Positions 29,456 to 39,562 are shown, counted from the first letter of the stretch. The stretch is DNA of 64,000 nucleotides from Candidatus Eiseniibacteriota bacterium (GCA_963783375.1 CAWANH010000029.1:480001-544000), one strand, 5' to 3'. Numbers and translations: made by a program. The notes: generated by a model from the sequence alone, not told the origin.

Positions 29456-29940
29456 CAGCCCTCCACGCTACGGGAGATCGCGAAATCCACGATCTGCTTG
29501 ATGGCGAGCTGTCGGGCCGCCTCCTCGGAGCTGACGTTCTGCCCGGTGGCCCCCGGAAAATACGACGCGGTCCCGCGGACCGCGTCCTCGGACCAGAGCT
29601 CCTTGTTCTTCACCCGGTCCCGGAGCGTCATCTTCACCGTCATCACCACGATGTATTCCTGGGCCTGCTGCTGGGCGTTGAACCCGAAGACCCGGTTCTC
29701 GTAGCCGGTGACGTCGGACTCCAGGACCGCGTCCGCATCGTCCTGGATCACGTGGAGATGACCGTCGGCCACGAAGCGGTCGCTGAGCGCGGAGGAAAGC
29801 TCGTCCGAGAGCTCCACCTCGAGGGTCTGGTTGTCGGCCACCGGGATCTGGAGGGTCTTGATGTAGGAAGGGAGCGAGGGGTTGAAGGTGTAGGCGCAGC
29901 CGGCCAGGAGGAGCGCCCCCGGAAGAAGGAAACGTCGCAT
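29452..29940 (-). CDS. lptE: LPS assembly lipoprotein LptE
   Basis: Lipobox LAGC-AYTF, LPSYIKTL..NQT, DADAVL, C-terminal Trp. lptE-holA synteny. Confidence 0.8.
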   Translation of the reverse strand: MRRFLLPGALLLAGCAYTFNPSLPSYIKTLQIPVADNQTLEVELSDELSSALSDRFVADGHLHVIQDDADAVLESDVTGYENRVFGFNAQQQAQEYIVVMTVKMTLRDRVKNKELWSEDAVRGTASYFPGATGQNVSSEEAARQLAIKQIVDFAISRSVEGW

Positions 29941-30057
29941 GGCGGAAAGGCTAGAGGAACCCGGCCCGGGGGACAAGGGGCGGCGGGGACGAGCCCCGCC
30001 GGAATCGGGGACGGCCGACTCCGGCCCGGATCAGCGCCGCCGCCGGACCGCCGGCGT

Positions 30058-31485
30058 TCAGGCCACCTGGCGCCGTCCCGGCCGGTTCAGCCCGTAGAGC
30101 TTCATCCGGTAGCGCAGCTTGTCCCGCTTCAGGTGCAGGATGTCCGCGGTCCGGCTCTGGTTCCACGCGGTGGCGTCCGACGCCTTGACGATCAGGGCCT
30201 GCTCGATCTCGGCCAGGAGCTCCTCGAAGGGGATCCCGTCCGAGGGGATTCCGGGATCGTCCAGTAGCTGCTCCAGCCGGGCCACCGGAGAGTCGATCTC
30301 CCGGGTGGTGCGGCCGCTCCCGAGCTTCAGCATCTCCCCCTCGACCCGGTTCCCGTTCTCCAGAAGCACCGTCCGCTCCATCAGGTTCTTGAGCTCGCGG
30401 ATGTTCCCCGGCCAGGGATAGCCCATCAACTCCTGCTCGGCCTCGGGGCCGAACCCCTGGAAGCTCTTGTTGAACTGCTTGGAGAACGTGTACAGGAAGT
30501 GCTTGGCCAGGATGATGATGTCCTCCCGCCGTTCCCGGAGCGGGGGCACCCGCATCGGCACCACCTTGAGACGGTAGTAGAGATCCTCGCGGAAGCGCCC
30601 TTCCTCGCACATCTTCTGCAGATCCTGGTTGGTGGCGCTGATGATGCGCACGGAGACGTGGATGTCCTTGGTGCCACCCACCCGCTTGAAGGTCATGCGT
30701 TCGAGCACCCGGAGGAGCTTCACCTGGATCTGGAGGCTCATCTCCCCCACCTCATCCAGGAACAGCGTGCCTCCGTTGGCCATTTCCAGCAGCCCCTGCT
30801 TCTGGTTCCGGGCGTCGGTGAACGCACCCTTCTCGTGCCCGAACAGCTCGCTCTCCAGGAGCTCCCTGGGGATGGCCGCGCAGTTGATTTCCAGGAAGGG
30901 CTTGTCCCGTCGGACCGAGAGCTCGTGGATCATGTTGGCCAGGTGTTCCTTGCCCGTCCCGCTCTCCCCCTGGATGAGCACGCTGGTGGAGTCGGAGAGG
31001 GCCACCTGTTCGATGACGTCGTAGACCTCCTTCATGCGCGGGCTCTGGCCGCGAATGAAATCGCGGTTGAACCGGTCGGACTGCTGACGACGAAGGTGCT
31101 TGAGCTCCCGCCACAGCTTCCGGCTCTCCAGCGCCTTGTCCACGGTGATGAACAGTTGTTCCAGGTTGATCGGTTTGTTGATGTAGTCGTGGGCGCCGAG
31201 CTTCATGGCCCGGACCGCCGATTCCACGTCCCCGAAAGCGGTCATGATGATGACCTGGAGATCGGGATCGTCCTCCTTGAGCTTCTTCAGGACGTCGAGT
31301 CCGTGGGTGTCGGGCAGCCGAAGATCCAACAGCACCAGGTCGGGTTGGTTCTCGGCCACCTTGCTCAGGGCCTCGCGACCCTCGCCGGCGGTGCTTACCT
31401 GGTACCCCTCGTCCACCATGGCCTTCTCGATGAAGTGCCGGATGGATTCCTGGTCGTCCACGATGAGAATGTGTGCGTTGGTCAT
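30058..31485 (-). CDS. NtrC-family sigma54-dependent response regulator (REC-AAA+-HTH)
   Basis: ILIVDD, DLVLLD, GESGTGKE, ESELFGHEKGAFTDA, FLDEVGE, WPGNIREL, C-terminal HTH. Confidence 0.93.
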   Translation of the reverse strand: MTNAHILIVDDQESIRHFIEKAMVDEGYQVSTAGEGREALSKVAENQPDLVLLDLRLPDTHGLDVLKKLKEDDPDLQVIIMTAFGDVESAVRAMKLGAHDYINKPINLEQLFITVDKALESRKLWRELKHLRRQQSDRFNRDFIRGQSPRMKEVYDVIEQVALSDSTSVLIQGESGTGKEHLANMIHELSVRRDKPFLEINCAAIPRELLESELFGHEKGAFTDARNQKQGLLEMANGGTLFLDEVGEMSLQIQVKLLRVLERMTFKRVGGTKDIHVSVRIISATNQDLQKMCEEGRFREDLYYRLKVVPMRVPPLRERREDIIILAKHFLYTFSKQFNKSFQGFGPEAEQELMGYPWPGNIRELKNLMERTVLLENGNRVEGEMLKLGSGRTTREIDSPVARLEQLLDDPGIPSDGIPFEELLAEIEQALIVKASDATAWNQSRTADILHLKRDKLRYRMKLYGLNRPGRRQVA

Positions 31486-33318
31486 TCCGTGATCTCCGTA
31501 GCTTCGAAGCGGTCCATTGGGAGCTTCACCGTGAACACGGCCCCCCCTCCATGCGCGTTGGCGACGTGGATCTCTCCACCGTGCCGCTCGACGATGCCGT
31601 GACTTACGTAGAGGCCCAGGCCCGTCCCCCCGGCCTTCCCCTTGGTGAAGAACGGTTCGAAGATGTGCGCGAGGTCCTCGGGGTCGATGCCGGGGCCGGT
31701 GTCGATGACCTGGATGGCCATCTTGGGGCGATCGTCGTCGGGGGCCGAAGCGTAGGCGTGGATCTCCACCGTCCCTCCCGAGGGGGTGGCTTCCACGGCG
31801 TTCTTGATCAGGTTCAACAAGACCTGCTGGATCTGGTCGGGGTCCACCGGCACCGGCGGCAGATCCTCGGCGAGGTGCAGGCGGAGCTCGAGGCCTCGTT
31901 CGGCGGGCGCGGAACCCACCGAGAGAAGCGCCCGCTCCACCAGGCCGGACACCGGTTCCAGGCTCTTCCGCAAGGGATGCGGATGGGTGACCCGGAAGAG
32001 ATCCTCCACGATCCGATTCAGGCGATCGATCTCCCGCTCGATGAAGTCGAGGTTCTCCCGCTGGCTGGGGTCCTCCCCGAGGTGGCGGGCCAGGTACTGG
32101 ACCCCGGTGCCGATGCCGGTCAGCGGGTTCCGGATCTCGTGAGCGATGCCCGCGGTGAACCGTCCCAACGCGGCCAGCCGGTCCAGGGCCCGGATGCGCT
32201 CCTCCATGTCCTTGATCTCGGACAGGTCATCGAAGATGGCCACCGCGCCGTAGACCTCCCCCACCGGGTTCCTGAGCAGGGTGGTGGCCCAGGCCGCGGG
32301 GAAGGCGCTGCCGTCGGACCGACGCACCGCCCGCTCCACCCGGCGAATGTTGCGGCGGGTGCGCAACGTCTTCCTGAGAAGTTCGGTGATCCCCCCGCCG
32401 GGTGGGTCCAGGCGTCCGGTCTCTCCCCCCGGAGGTCGGCCAGGTCGACCCCGGTGAGCTCTTCCGCCGCGGCGTTCATGGTGAGGACCCGGCCCGAGAG
32501 GTCCACCGCCACCATCCCCGAGGCCATGTTGCGCATGATGTCTTCGCGGAAGGCCTGCTCCCGGCGAACGTCCTCTTCCAGGATCACGTTCTCCATCGCC
32601 GTTCCCACCGCTTCAACCACGGACTCGAGAATTCCGTTCTCCAGACTGGAACCGGGATGGACCCCGGGTCGGCGGCCCACCGCCAGCACCCCCACCACGG
32701 TGTGATGGTTGCGGCCGCGTCCGCTCAGGGGGTAGATGCGGTAGTGGCCCATTTCGTTCGGGCAGAAGGGAGCGAGTTCGGCGGGAAGCGCCCGCCCGCT
32801 CACGAAGGGCATGCCGTCGTCGGCCGGGCCGCCGGCGATCGGGGTACGACCCTCCAGGCTCCGGCGGAGGTTCCCCCCCAGGTTCCCTCCAGGGTGAACG
32901 GACGGCAGCGGGAAACCCCGTTCCGCACCGCGACCCACCCCTCGATGGATTCGCGGGCGGGGTCGTACACCCCCACCAGGACGCGCTCGTGATCGAAGGC
33001 CTTGTGGAGGTAGAGGGTGACCGTTTCCGCCACCTCCTCCGGGGTGCGCAGGCTCAAGAGCTTGGCCACCAGCTCTCTCAGGGAGAGGAGCTGGATCGAA
33101 GTCTCGATGACCCGCCGCTGGGTGGCCTCCAGAACGTCCACCAGGGACCGGGTGAGGGACAGCAGATCCTCATCCCGGTCGAGGGACGGCGCGTCGGCCC
33201 CCGCGGGCAGGATGCCCAGACCGCGCAGGTCGTCCAGACGGGCGGCCAGCTCACGGCGGGCGTCAACCGCGTCGTCCGCGGACGGCGATAGGGGGCGGAA
33301 CAGACGGCTCTCCAACAC
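31482..33318 (-). pseudogene. GAF-PAS sensor histidine kinase, cognate of the NtrC regulator, interrupted by two apparent single-base frameshifts
   Basis: Three successive reading frames carry the N-terminus/GAF, GAF-PAS and HisKA/HATPase (AHEIRNPL, NLIKNA, DTGPGI, GTGLGL) parts. Junctions coincide with a C7 run (32873-32879) and C6 runs (32425-32430 or 32391-32396). May be a sequencing error. Confidence 0.75.
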
Positions 33319-33471
33319 AGTCCTCCTCGTTCCTGTTTTCGTCCGGGGGTAGCCAGGATTGAGGAGAAAGGCGTGGGAACGGGGGGGATAACCCGTGTGA
33401 TTGCAAGATGCAACGGAGCGTCAGGCGGAGGAGATACAAGGCCGGGGACGGCCCGGGATCGGGACCGGGGG

Positions 33472-34524
33472 CTAGTCGAAGAGCTCCCGGTTGGCCTCCA
33501 CCCAGTCGATCAGCTTCTCGACCCCTTCCGGCGGGGACACCGCCGGCGCCCACCTCAACTCGCGGCGGGCCTTGGCGATGTCGGAGACGTAGACCTTCTG
33601 GTCGCTCGGGCGCCAGTCGGCAAAGGTCACCGGGACCGGTCGTCCCAGCCGCCGGCCGAGCTGCTCCAGAAGCTCGAGGAGGGACAGGGTGAATTCCGGA
33701 CCCCCGCCCATGTTGTAGACCCCGTGGGGGTGGTTGGAACCGAGGAATGCCCGGTAGGCCGCGGCCAGGTCGTCGACCCACAACAGGTCGCGAACCTGCT
33801 TCCCGTCCCCGAAGACGGTAAGCGGTTTCCCGGTCAGGGCGGCGATCACGAACCAGGCCACCCAACCCTGGTCCTCCATCCCGAACTGGCGGGTGCCGTA
33901 GATGCAGGACATCCGGAAGACTCCGGTCTTGATTCCGTAGAGGCGGGCGTAGTCCTGCATGTAGAGATCGCCGGTGAGCTTGGAGCAGCCGTAGGGGGTG
34001 TGCTCGCAAAGGTCCACCGAGAAGCTTTCGTTCACCCCCGAGGCCGCCTCGCCGGCGAAGGCCCACCGGCTCGCTCCCTCTTCCAGGGGGATCCGGTTCA
34101 CGTTCTCGCCGTAGACCTTGTTGGTCGAGCAGAAGATCACCGCCGGATGAGGCGTGGCCGTGCGCGCCGCCTCCAGCACGTTGAAGGCGCCGAGGACGTT
34201 GTTCTCGAAATCCTGGCGGGGGTCGACCACCGAGGTCGTGACCGCGGTCTGGGCGGCGGTGTGCACGATGATCTCCGCCCCTGACGCCGCTTCCCGGAGC
34301 GCGTCGAAATCACGCACGTCCGCCTCGCGGAGAGTGATCCCGGAGATCCGCCCGAGGTGGTCCCAGTTGTGGCGGGCGTTCCGGTCGTCCTTCTTCAGGA
34401 GCCGGGCCCGGCTGAGGTTGTCGTACACCGTCACCGGGTGTCCGTCCCCGGCGAAGATTTCCGCCACGTGCGAACCGATGAAGCCCGCGCCTCCGGTCAC
34501 CAGCACCTTGCCGCGATCGGCCAT
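33472..34524 (-). CDS. NAD-dependent nucleotide-sugar epimerase, CDP-paratose 2-epimerase (RfbE)-like
   Basis: GGAGFIG, AAQTAVTTS, STNKVYG, YGCSK, FRMSCIYG, DQGWVAWF, WRPSDQKVY. Confidence 0.8.
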   Translation of the reverse strand: MADRGKVLVTGGAGFIGSHVAEIFAGDGHPVTVYDNLSRARLLKKDDRNARHNWDHLGRISGITLREADVRDFDALREAASGAEIIVHTAAQTAVTTSVVDPRQDFENNVLGAFNVLEAARTATPHPAVIFCSTNKVYGENVNRIPLEEGASRWAFAGEAASGVNESFSVDLCEHTPYGCSKLTGDLYMQDYARLYGIKTGVFRMSCIYGTRQFGMEDQGWVAWFVIAALTGKPLTVFGDGKQVRDLLWVDDLAAAYRAFLGSNHPHGVYNMGGGPEFTLSLLELLEQLGRRLGRPVPVTFADWRPSDQKVYVSDIAKARRELRWAPAVSPPEGVEKLIDWVEANRELFD

Positions 34525-34584
34525 GATCACTTCCCTCCGGGGTCCACCCGCCGGCGACGGAATGCCCCGCCGCGATTGGGTTGG

Positions 34585-35547
34585 TCAGGAAGACGTTTCC
34601 GTCTCCTTCAGGTACTCCACCGTGCGCTCGAGGCCTTCGCCGAAGGCGACGCGGGGCTCGTAGCCCAGGACTTCCCGGGCCCGGGTGATGTCGGCCTGGG
34701 AGTGGCGAATGTCCCCCGCCCGTTCCGGGCCGTACTCCGGATTGGGCTCCACCCCGAGGATCCTACCCAGCTCGGCCAGGAGTCCGTTCAGGGATTCGCG
34801 CCCTCCGGCGGCGATGTTGAAGAGGCCCGGCTCGATCCGGTCGACGGGCGCTTCCATGGCCAGGAGGTTCGCGTCGACAACGTTCGCCACGTAGGTGAAG
34901 TCCCTCGAGTGCCCGCCGTCCCCGTTCACCGGCGGCCGCTCTCCCTTGAGGAGCTTGGCGGCGAAGATGGGGATCACCGCCGCGTACTGGCTCTGGGGGC
35001 TCTGCCGGGGGCCGAATACGTTGAAGTAGCGCAGGGTCACGGTCTCCATGCCGTAGAGCGCGTTCATCAAGCGGAGGTACTCCTCGCCTATGAGCTTGGT
35101 GAGCCCGTAGGGGGAGATGGGGCGGGTGGGATGATCCTCGCGCTTGGGAAGCTCGGCCAGCTCCCCGTAAACGCTCGAGGAGCCCGCGAAGATGACCCGT
35201 TTCACCCCCTCGTCCCGGGCGGCCAGGAGGACGTTCAGGGTGCCGGTGGCGTTGACCGCGTGGGTCTCGGCGGGCTGGCTGATGGAACGCGGCACCGAGC
35301 CGAGGGCGGCCAGGTGGAAGACGCCGGCGACCCCGTGAACCGCCTCCCGGACCACCTTCGTATCCCGGATGTCTCCGGTGGACACGTGGAGCCGGTCCGT
35401 GCCGGCATGGCGGATCGCCTCGATGTTGGATCGCCGCCCGGTTGAGAAGTCGTCGAGGACACGGACCCGATGGTTCTCCTGAAGCAGGCGCTCAACCACG
35501 TGCGAGCCGATGAAACCGGCTCCGCCGGTTACCAGATAGTGGGCCAT
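34585..35547 (-). CDS. UDP-GlcNAc(A) 4-epimerase-like SDR (WbpP/TviC type)
   Basis: GGAGFIG, HLAALGSVPRSI, SSSVYG, SPYGLTK, LRYFNVFGPRQ, YAAVIP, GDIRHSQADI. Confidence 0.82.
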   Translation of the reverse strand: MAHYLVTGGAGFIGSHVVERLLQENHRVRVLDDFSTGRRSNIEAIRHAGTDRLHVSTGDIRDTKVVREAVHGVAGVFHLAALGSVPRSISQPAETHAVNATGTLNVLLAARDEGVKRVIFAGSSSVYGELAELPKREDHPTRPISPYGLTKLIGEEYLRLMNALYGMETVTLRYFNVFGPRQSPQSQYAAVIPIFAAKLLKGERPPVNGDGGHSRDFTYVANVVDANLLAMEAPVDRIEPGLFNIAAGGRESLNGLLAELGRILGVEPNPEYGPERAGDIRHSQADITRAREVLGYEPRVAFGEGLERTVEYLKETETSS

Positions 35548-35552
35548 GAGGG

Positions 35553-36845
35553 CTAGAGTCTCCTGATCCTGGGTGAGGTCCGTCCCTTGAGCGCGTTCCG
35601 GCTATCGAAGATCAGGCGAGCCCGCTCCACGATAAGGTCGAAGTCGATGGACTTGTGAGGCGTGGTGATGAGAACGAGGTCGGCCGCGGCGATCCGGTCA
35701 CCGGTGAGCGGCACCGACTCGAGCGCCACCCCTTCCTGCTGAAGGCTCTTCACGAAGGGATCGTGATACTCCACGACGGCGCCGAATCCCTGAAGGCGGT
35801 TGATGATGTCGATCGCCGGGGACTCGCGGACGTCGTCGATGTTCGGCTTGTAGGCCACCCCGATCATCAGGATCTTCGCCCCCCGGAGCGACCGTTCGCC
35901 CTCGTTCAGGGCGTGCATGACCTTGCTCACCACGTGCTGGGGCATGAACGAGTTGATGAGGCCGGCCAGCTCGATGAACCGGGCCTCGAACCCCACCTGG
36001 CGGGCCTTCCAGGACAGGTAGAAGGGATCGATGGGAATGCAGTGGCCGCCCAGGCCGGGTCCGGGGTAGAAAGGCATGAACCCGAAGGGCTTGGTGGCGG
36101 CGGCATCGATCACCTCCCACACGTCGAGCCCCATGCTGTCGCACATCATGGCCAGCTCGTTCACCAGGCCGATGTTCACGCTCCGGAACGTGTTCTCGAG
36201 GAGCTTCACCATCTCCGCCACCCGGGTGGAGGAGACCGGGATCACGTTCTCGAGGGTGGTGGAATAGAGCTGGACCGCGGCCTCGGTGCAGGCCGGGGTC
36301 ACCCCCCCCACCACCTTGGGGATGTTGTGGGTCGTGTAGGTCGGGTTCCCCGGGTCCACCCGTTCCGGCGAGAACGAGAGGTAGAAGTCCTTCCCCACCT
36401 CGAGACCGGTGGCCTCCAGCATGGGAAGGATCAACTCGTCGGTGGTGCCGGGATAGGTGGTGCTCTCCAGGCTCACCAGCATGCCCGGATGCAGGTACTT
36501 GGCGATCTCCTCCACCGCGGACACGATGTAGGACACGTCGGGGTCCCGGGTCTTGCGGAGCGGGGTGGGAACGCAGATGTTGACGGTGTCCACGTTGGCC
36601 AGCTCGCCGAACTCGGTCGTCGCGGTGAGGAGCCCGGCCGAGACGACGCGGGCCAGGGTCTCCGACGAAACATCCTTCACGTGGGACCGCCCGGCGTTGA
36701 TCCCGGCCACCTTGGCCTCGGCGAGGTCGAACCCGGTCACCCGATAGCCGGCCAGGGCGTACTCCACGGCCAGGGGGAGGCCGACGTACCCCAGCCCGAT
36801 GACCCCCAGATGCGCAGTCTTGTCCTTGAGCTTTTCGCTGAGCAC
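35553..36845 (-). CDS. UDP-N-acetyl-D-glucosamine 6-dehydrogenase (WbpA/WbpO type)
   Basis: GLGYVGLP, CVPTP, ESTTYPGTT, FSPERVDPGN, KLLENTFR, GGHCIPIDP, DVRESP. Confidence 0.88.
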   Translation of the reverse strand: MLSEKLKDKTAHLGVIGLGYVGLPLAVEYALAGYRVTGFDLAEAKVAGINAGRSHVKDVSSETLARVVSAGLLTATTEFGELANVDTVNICVPTPLRKTRDPDVSYIVSAVEEIAKYLHPGMLVSLESTTYPGTTDELILPMLEATGLEVGKDFYLSFSPERVDPGNPTYTTHNIPKVVGGVTPACTEAAVQLYSTTLENVIPVSSTRVAEMVKLLENTFRSVNIGLVNELAMMCDSMGLDVWEVIDAAATKPFGFMPFYPGPGLGGHCIPIDPFYLSWKARQVGFEARFIELAGLINSFMPQHVVSKVMHALNEGERSLRGAKILMIGVAYKPNIDDVRESPAIDIINRLQGFGAVVEYHDPFVKSLQQEGVALESVPLTGDRIAAADLVLITTPHKSIDFDLIVERARLIFDSRNALKGRTSPRIRRL

Positions 36846-36887
36846 CGTGACCCTTCTCCTTCCCGGAACCTTGAAAGCAGGCGGCTA

Positions 36888-36916
36888 AGTCTACTCCGGG
36901 CAACGGACCCGGTCAA
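36888..36916 (-). promoter_or_regulatory. sigma70-type promoter of the nucleotide-sugar operon
   Basis: Minus strand TTGACC - 17 nt - TAGACT, about 45 nt upstream of the dehydrogenase start. Confidence 0.7.
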
Positions 36917-36990
36917 AGCTTGCTCCGTTGGGTTTCGGCAGAACCGCGGGAGGATTGAGACGTCGCCGGAAGCCGGCTGACCGGCTCCCC

Positions 36991-37728
36991 CTACCCCCGG
37001 CCCAGGAGGAGGGCCAGCGCCGCCGCGGTCCCCCCTCCCACCAGGGTGTTGGTGGCGTTGAGCCATTCGTGGGGGAGCAACCGGCGCGAGCCGAGGATTC
37101 CCTCGTAGAGATTCCCGAGTACCGCCGCGGGTACCGCCCAGGCCACGGCCGGTCCGGCCAGCCCCGAGATCCCGGCGGCCAGGGCCACCAGGATCGCCGC
37201 CCCCACCCCGGCCAGGGTCCCCTCCAGGGAGACCGCGCCCTCGGTCCCGGGAGGGACGGGGCGCAGGTCCCGGAGCGAGAACGTGCGCGTTCCCCAGAGG
37301 GGCCCGATCTCGGAACCGGCGGTGTCCATGGCCGCGGTGGCCAGGGCGCCGGTGAAGGCCACGGCCCAGAGCCCCCCGCCGCTCGCCCAGCCCCCCGCCG
37401 CGCAGAGGGCGGCCACGCCGGCGTTGGCCAGGGCGTGGCTCATCCCCCGCGCCCCCTTCCGGGCCTCGGCCACCCCCATCCGCGACTTCCGCTCGTAGCC
37501 GAAGCGGGTCAGCCCGGTCCCGATCACGAAGAACACGAGGAGCACCAGGAAACCCTGCCATCCCAGGAAGAGGTAGATGGGGATTCCCACCAGGAGCCCG
37601 CCCGCCACGCCCGAACGGCGCACCCCCCGCCCCGCGTAGCCCAACGCCGCGAAGACCCCGTTCACCAGGAGGGCCGGTAGCCAGTTGCGGGCCAGGACCT
37701 CGAGGCTCAGCGGTTCGGTGGGGATCAT
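36991..37728 (-). CDS. DUF92/TMEM19 membrane protein (VTE6-like prenyl-phosphate kinase family)
   Basis: GARGMSHALANAG, ATAAMDTAGSEIG, VPPGTEGAVSLEGTLAG, multiple TM helices. Confidence 0.85.
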   Translation of the reverse strand: MIPTEPLSLEVLARNWLPALLVNGVFAALGYAGRGVRRSGVAGGLLVGIPIYLFLGWQGFLVLLVFFVIGTGLTRFGYERKSRMGVAEARKGARGMSHALANAGVAALCAAGGWASGGGLWAVAFTGALATAAMDTAGSEIGPLWGTRTFSLRDLRPVPPGTEGAVSLEGTLAGVGAAILVALAAGISGLAGPAVAWAVPAAVLGNLYEGILGSRRLLPHEWLNATNTLVGGGTAAALALLLGRG

Positions 37729-38735
37729 CTCCGCCTCCAGATCTCGTCCCGGAGCCAGGACACCGTCTCCCGCAACGTCTCCTCCACCGATCCCGGCTCG
37801 TAGCCCAGCTCACGGCGGGCCTTCCCGCTCGTGAAGGACCAGTGCGCATCGTAGAGGCGGACCGAGCCCCGGGTGAGGATGGGCGGTCGCCCACTCACCG
37901 CGGCCCAGCCTTCGGCGAGCGTGGCCACGGTCAGGGGAATCGCCCGTCCCAACCGCCTGAGCGGCGGCTTCACCCCGAATATTCCGGCGGCCCGGGCTAC
38001 CAGTCGGGCCTGGGTCCAGTCCTCGCCCCCCAGAATGTAGTTCTGGCCGGGAACGCCCTTCTCCAGGATCCGGAGATACCCCTGGGCCACCGCATCCACG
38101 GGGGCCAGGTTCCAGATCTGGCTCCCGTCCCCCACCAGGCCGGGAAAGCGCCGGCGCCCGATGTCGGCGAACACCCGGGCGGTGTGGTTTCCCGCGGTGA
38201 GAGCCCCCGGACCGATGAGGATGGTGGGGATGGCCATGACCACCCGTCCCCCCCGGCGCTGGCGCTCCCGGATCCGCCGCGAGATCGCGGTCTTGGTGCG
38301 GACGTAGTCGTTGGCGTCGGCGAGCGGATCCGGCTCCTCGTCCAGGGCGCTCTCGTCCCGCGGCGCGCCGTCCGGAGAGGATCCCAGGGCGAAGAGAGAG
38401 CTGGTGAGCACCACCCGTTCCACCTTGGCCTGGCGGGCGCGGTCGAGGAGATCCAGGGTTCCGGCCACGTTGACCCGGTCGAAGTCTTCGGGGGGCGGCC
38501 CCCAGGCTTCGACCATGGCCGCGGTGTGCACCACCGCGTCGGCCCCGGTTAACCCCTCGGTCCAGTCGCCCGGCTGACCGAGTTCCCCCTCCACCAGGGA
38601 GGCGCCGCACGCCAGGAGCGACGCCGCCCGTTCCGGGCTCCGGGTCAGGGCGACCACCTCGTGTCCGGCGTCGAGGAGCGCCCGAGCCACACGGCCCCCG
38701 AGGTAACCGGTGCCCCCGGTCAGGAACACCCTCAC
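37725..38735 (-). CDS. Extended SDR oxidoreductase, farnesol dehydrogenase (FLDH)/DFR-like
   Basis: GTG start coupled to the upstream stop. LTGGTGYLG, HTAAMVEAW, TSSLFALG, YVRTK (YxxxK), GPGALTAGN, KARRELGYEP. Confidence 0.8.
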   Translation of the reverse strand: MRVFLTGGTGYLGGRVARALLDAGHEVVALTRSPERAASLLACGASLVEGELGQPGDWTEGLTGADAVVHTAAMVEAWGPPPEDFDRVNVAGTLDLLDRARQAKVERVVLTSSLFALGSSPDGAPRDESALDEEPDPLADANDYVRTKTAISRRIRERQRRGGRVVMAIPTILIGPGALTAGNHTARVFADIGRRRFPGLVGDGSQIWNLAPVDAVAQGYLRILEKGVPGQNYILGGEDWTQARLVARAAGIFGVKPPLRRLGRAIPLTVATLAEGWAAVSGRPPILTRGSVRLYDAHWSFTSGKARRELGYEPGSVEETLRETVSWLRDEIWRRR

Positions 38736-39430
38736 GCGCCGAGCCTCTGCAGGGCGAGGAAAACCAGGGCGCCCGCGGCGGGCACGGTCAGGTTGTCGAG
38801 GCCGCGGCCCGCCGGAGCCTCGGCGAGGGCGGCCGCCCCGGCCGCGCCCAGCGAAGGTATCCAGAGCGTCCGCCAGAGGAGCGGGTAGGTCCCGAGAAGG
38901 ATCGCCGCCGCGGATACCGCGAACATGACCGCGGTTCCCTCCCAGGACTTCGCCGCGCCGGCCGCGGAGAACCGGTGCCGTCCGAAGCGGCGTCCCACGA
39001 TGGAAGCGGCGGCGTCGCCGAACCCCATGGCGAACAGGCCGGCCACCGAGGCCGCGCGTCCTCCCATCGGCCACAGGAAGAGGATGAGGGCGGCGAAGGA
39101 GATCGGGAAGTAGATGGTGCCGGGACTCCCCCGCCCCTCCTCCTCGATCACCTCCATCAGCCGGAAGCGGTAGGAGATCGCGTTCAGCACGATGAAGGTG
39201 AGCGGAGCCGCCGCCGCCCACGCCGGGGAACGGAAGTAGAGCGCGGTGGGGAGCGCCCAGAACGCGACCCCCACGTGGATGATCTTCCGGGTGACGTCGG
39301 GGGGGAGCCGGAACAGGCGCCGGGTACCCTCCCCCACCGCGATCACGAGGACGATCCAGGCGAATGAGAGGGCGACCAGAGCGGGGTCGCTGGAGAGGAT
39401 CCTGGCGATCATGGGGAGGGATTCAATCAC
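38732..39430 (-). CDS. CTP-dependent prenol kinase (phytol/farnesol/dolichol kinase, VTE5/SEC59 family)
   Basis: RKIIH, GFGDAAASIVGRRFG, KSWEGT, GLDNLTVP. Integral membrane protein. Confidence 0.85.
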   Translation of the reverse strand: MIESLPMIARILSSDPALVALSFAWIVLVIAVGEGTRRLFRLPPDVTRKIIHVGVAFWALPTALYFRSPAWAAAAPLTFIVLNAISYRFRLMEVIEEEGRGSPGTIYFPISFAALILFLWPMGGRAASVAGLFAMGFGDAAASIVGRRFGRHRFSAAGAAKSWEGTAVMFAVSAAAILLGTYPLLWRTLWIPSLGAAGAAALAEAPAGRGLDNLTVPAAGALVFLALQRLGA

Positions 39431-39562
39431 ACTCGACGGGCTGGCGGCCAGCGAAAGCGGGGCGGGCCGGAGGTCGGGAATATGCGAGCGGGCTTATCGT
39501 TTCATCGGCGGCGCCGGCGTCCGTCGTCCGAGGCCCCGGCGTCTCCGGTCCCCGGAGACCGA

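Noticed and set aside
33320-33470. sigma54 promoter upstream of the kinase/NtrC operon (TTGCA motifs)
   Set aside because: No GG at the -24 position with correct spacing to the TTGC.
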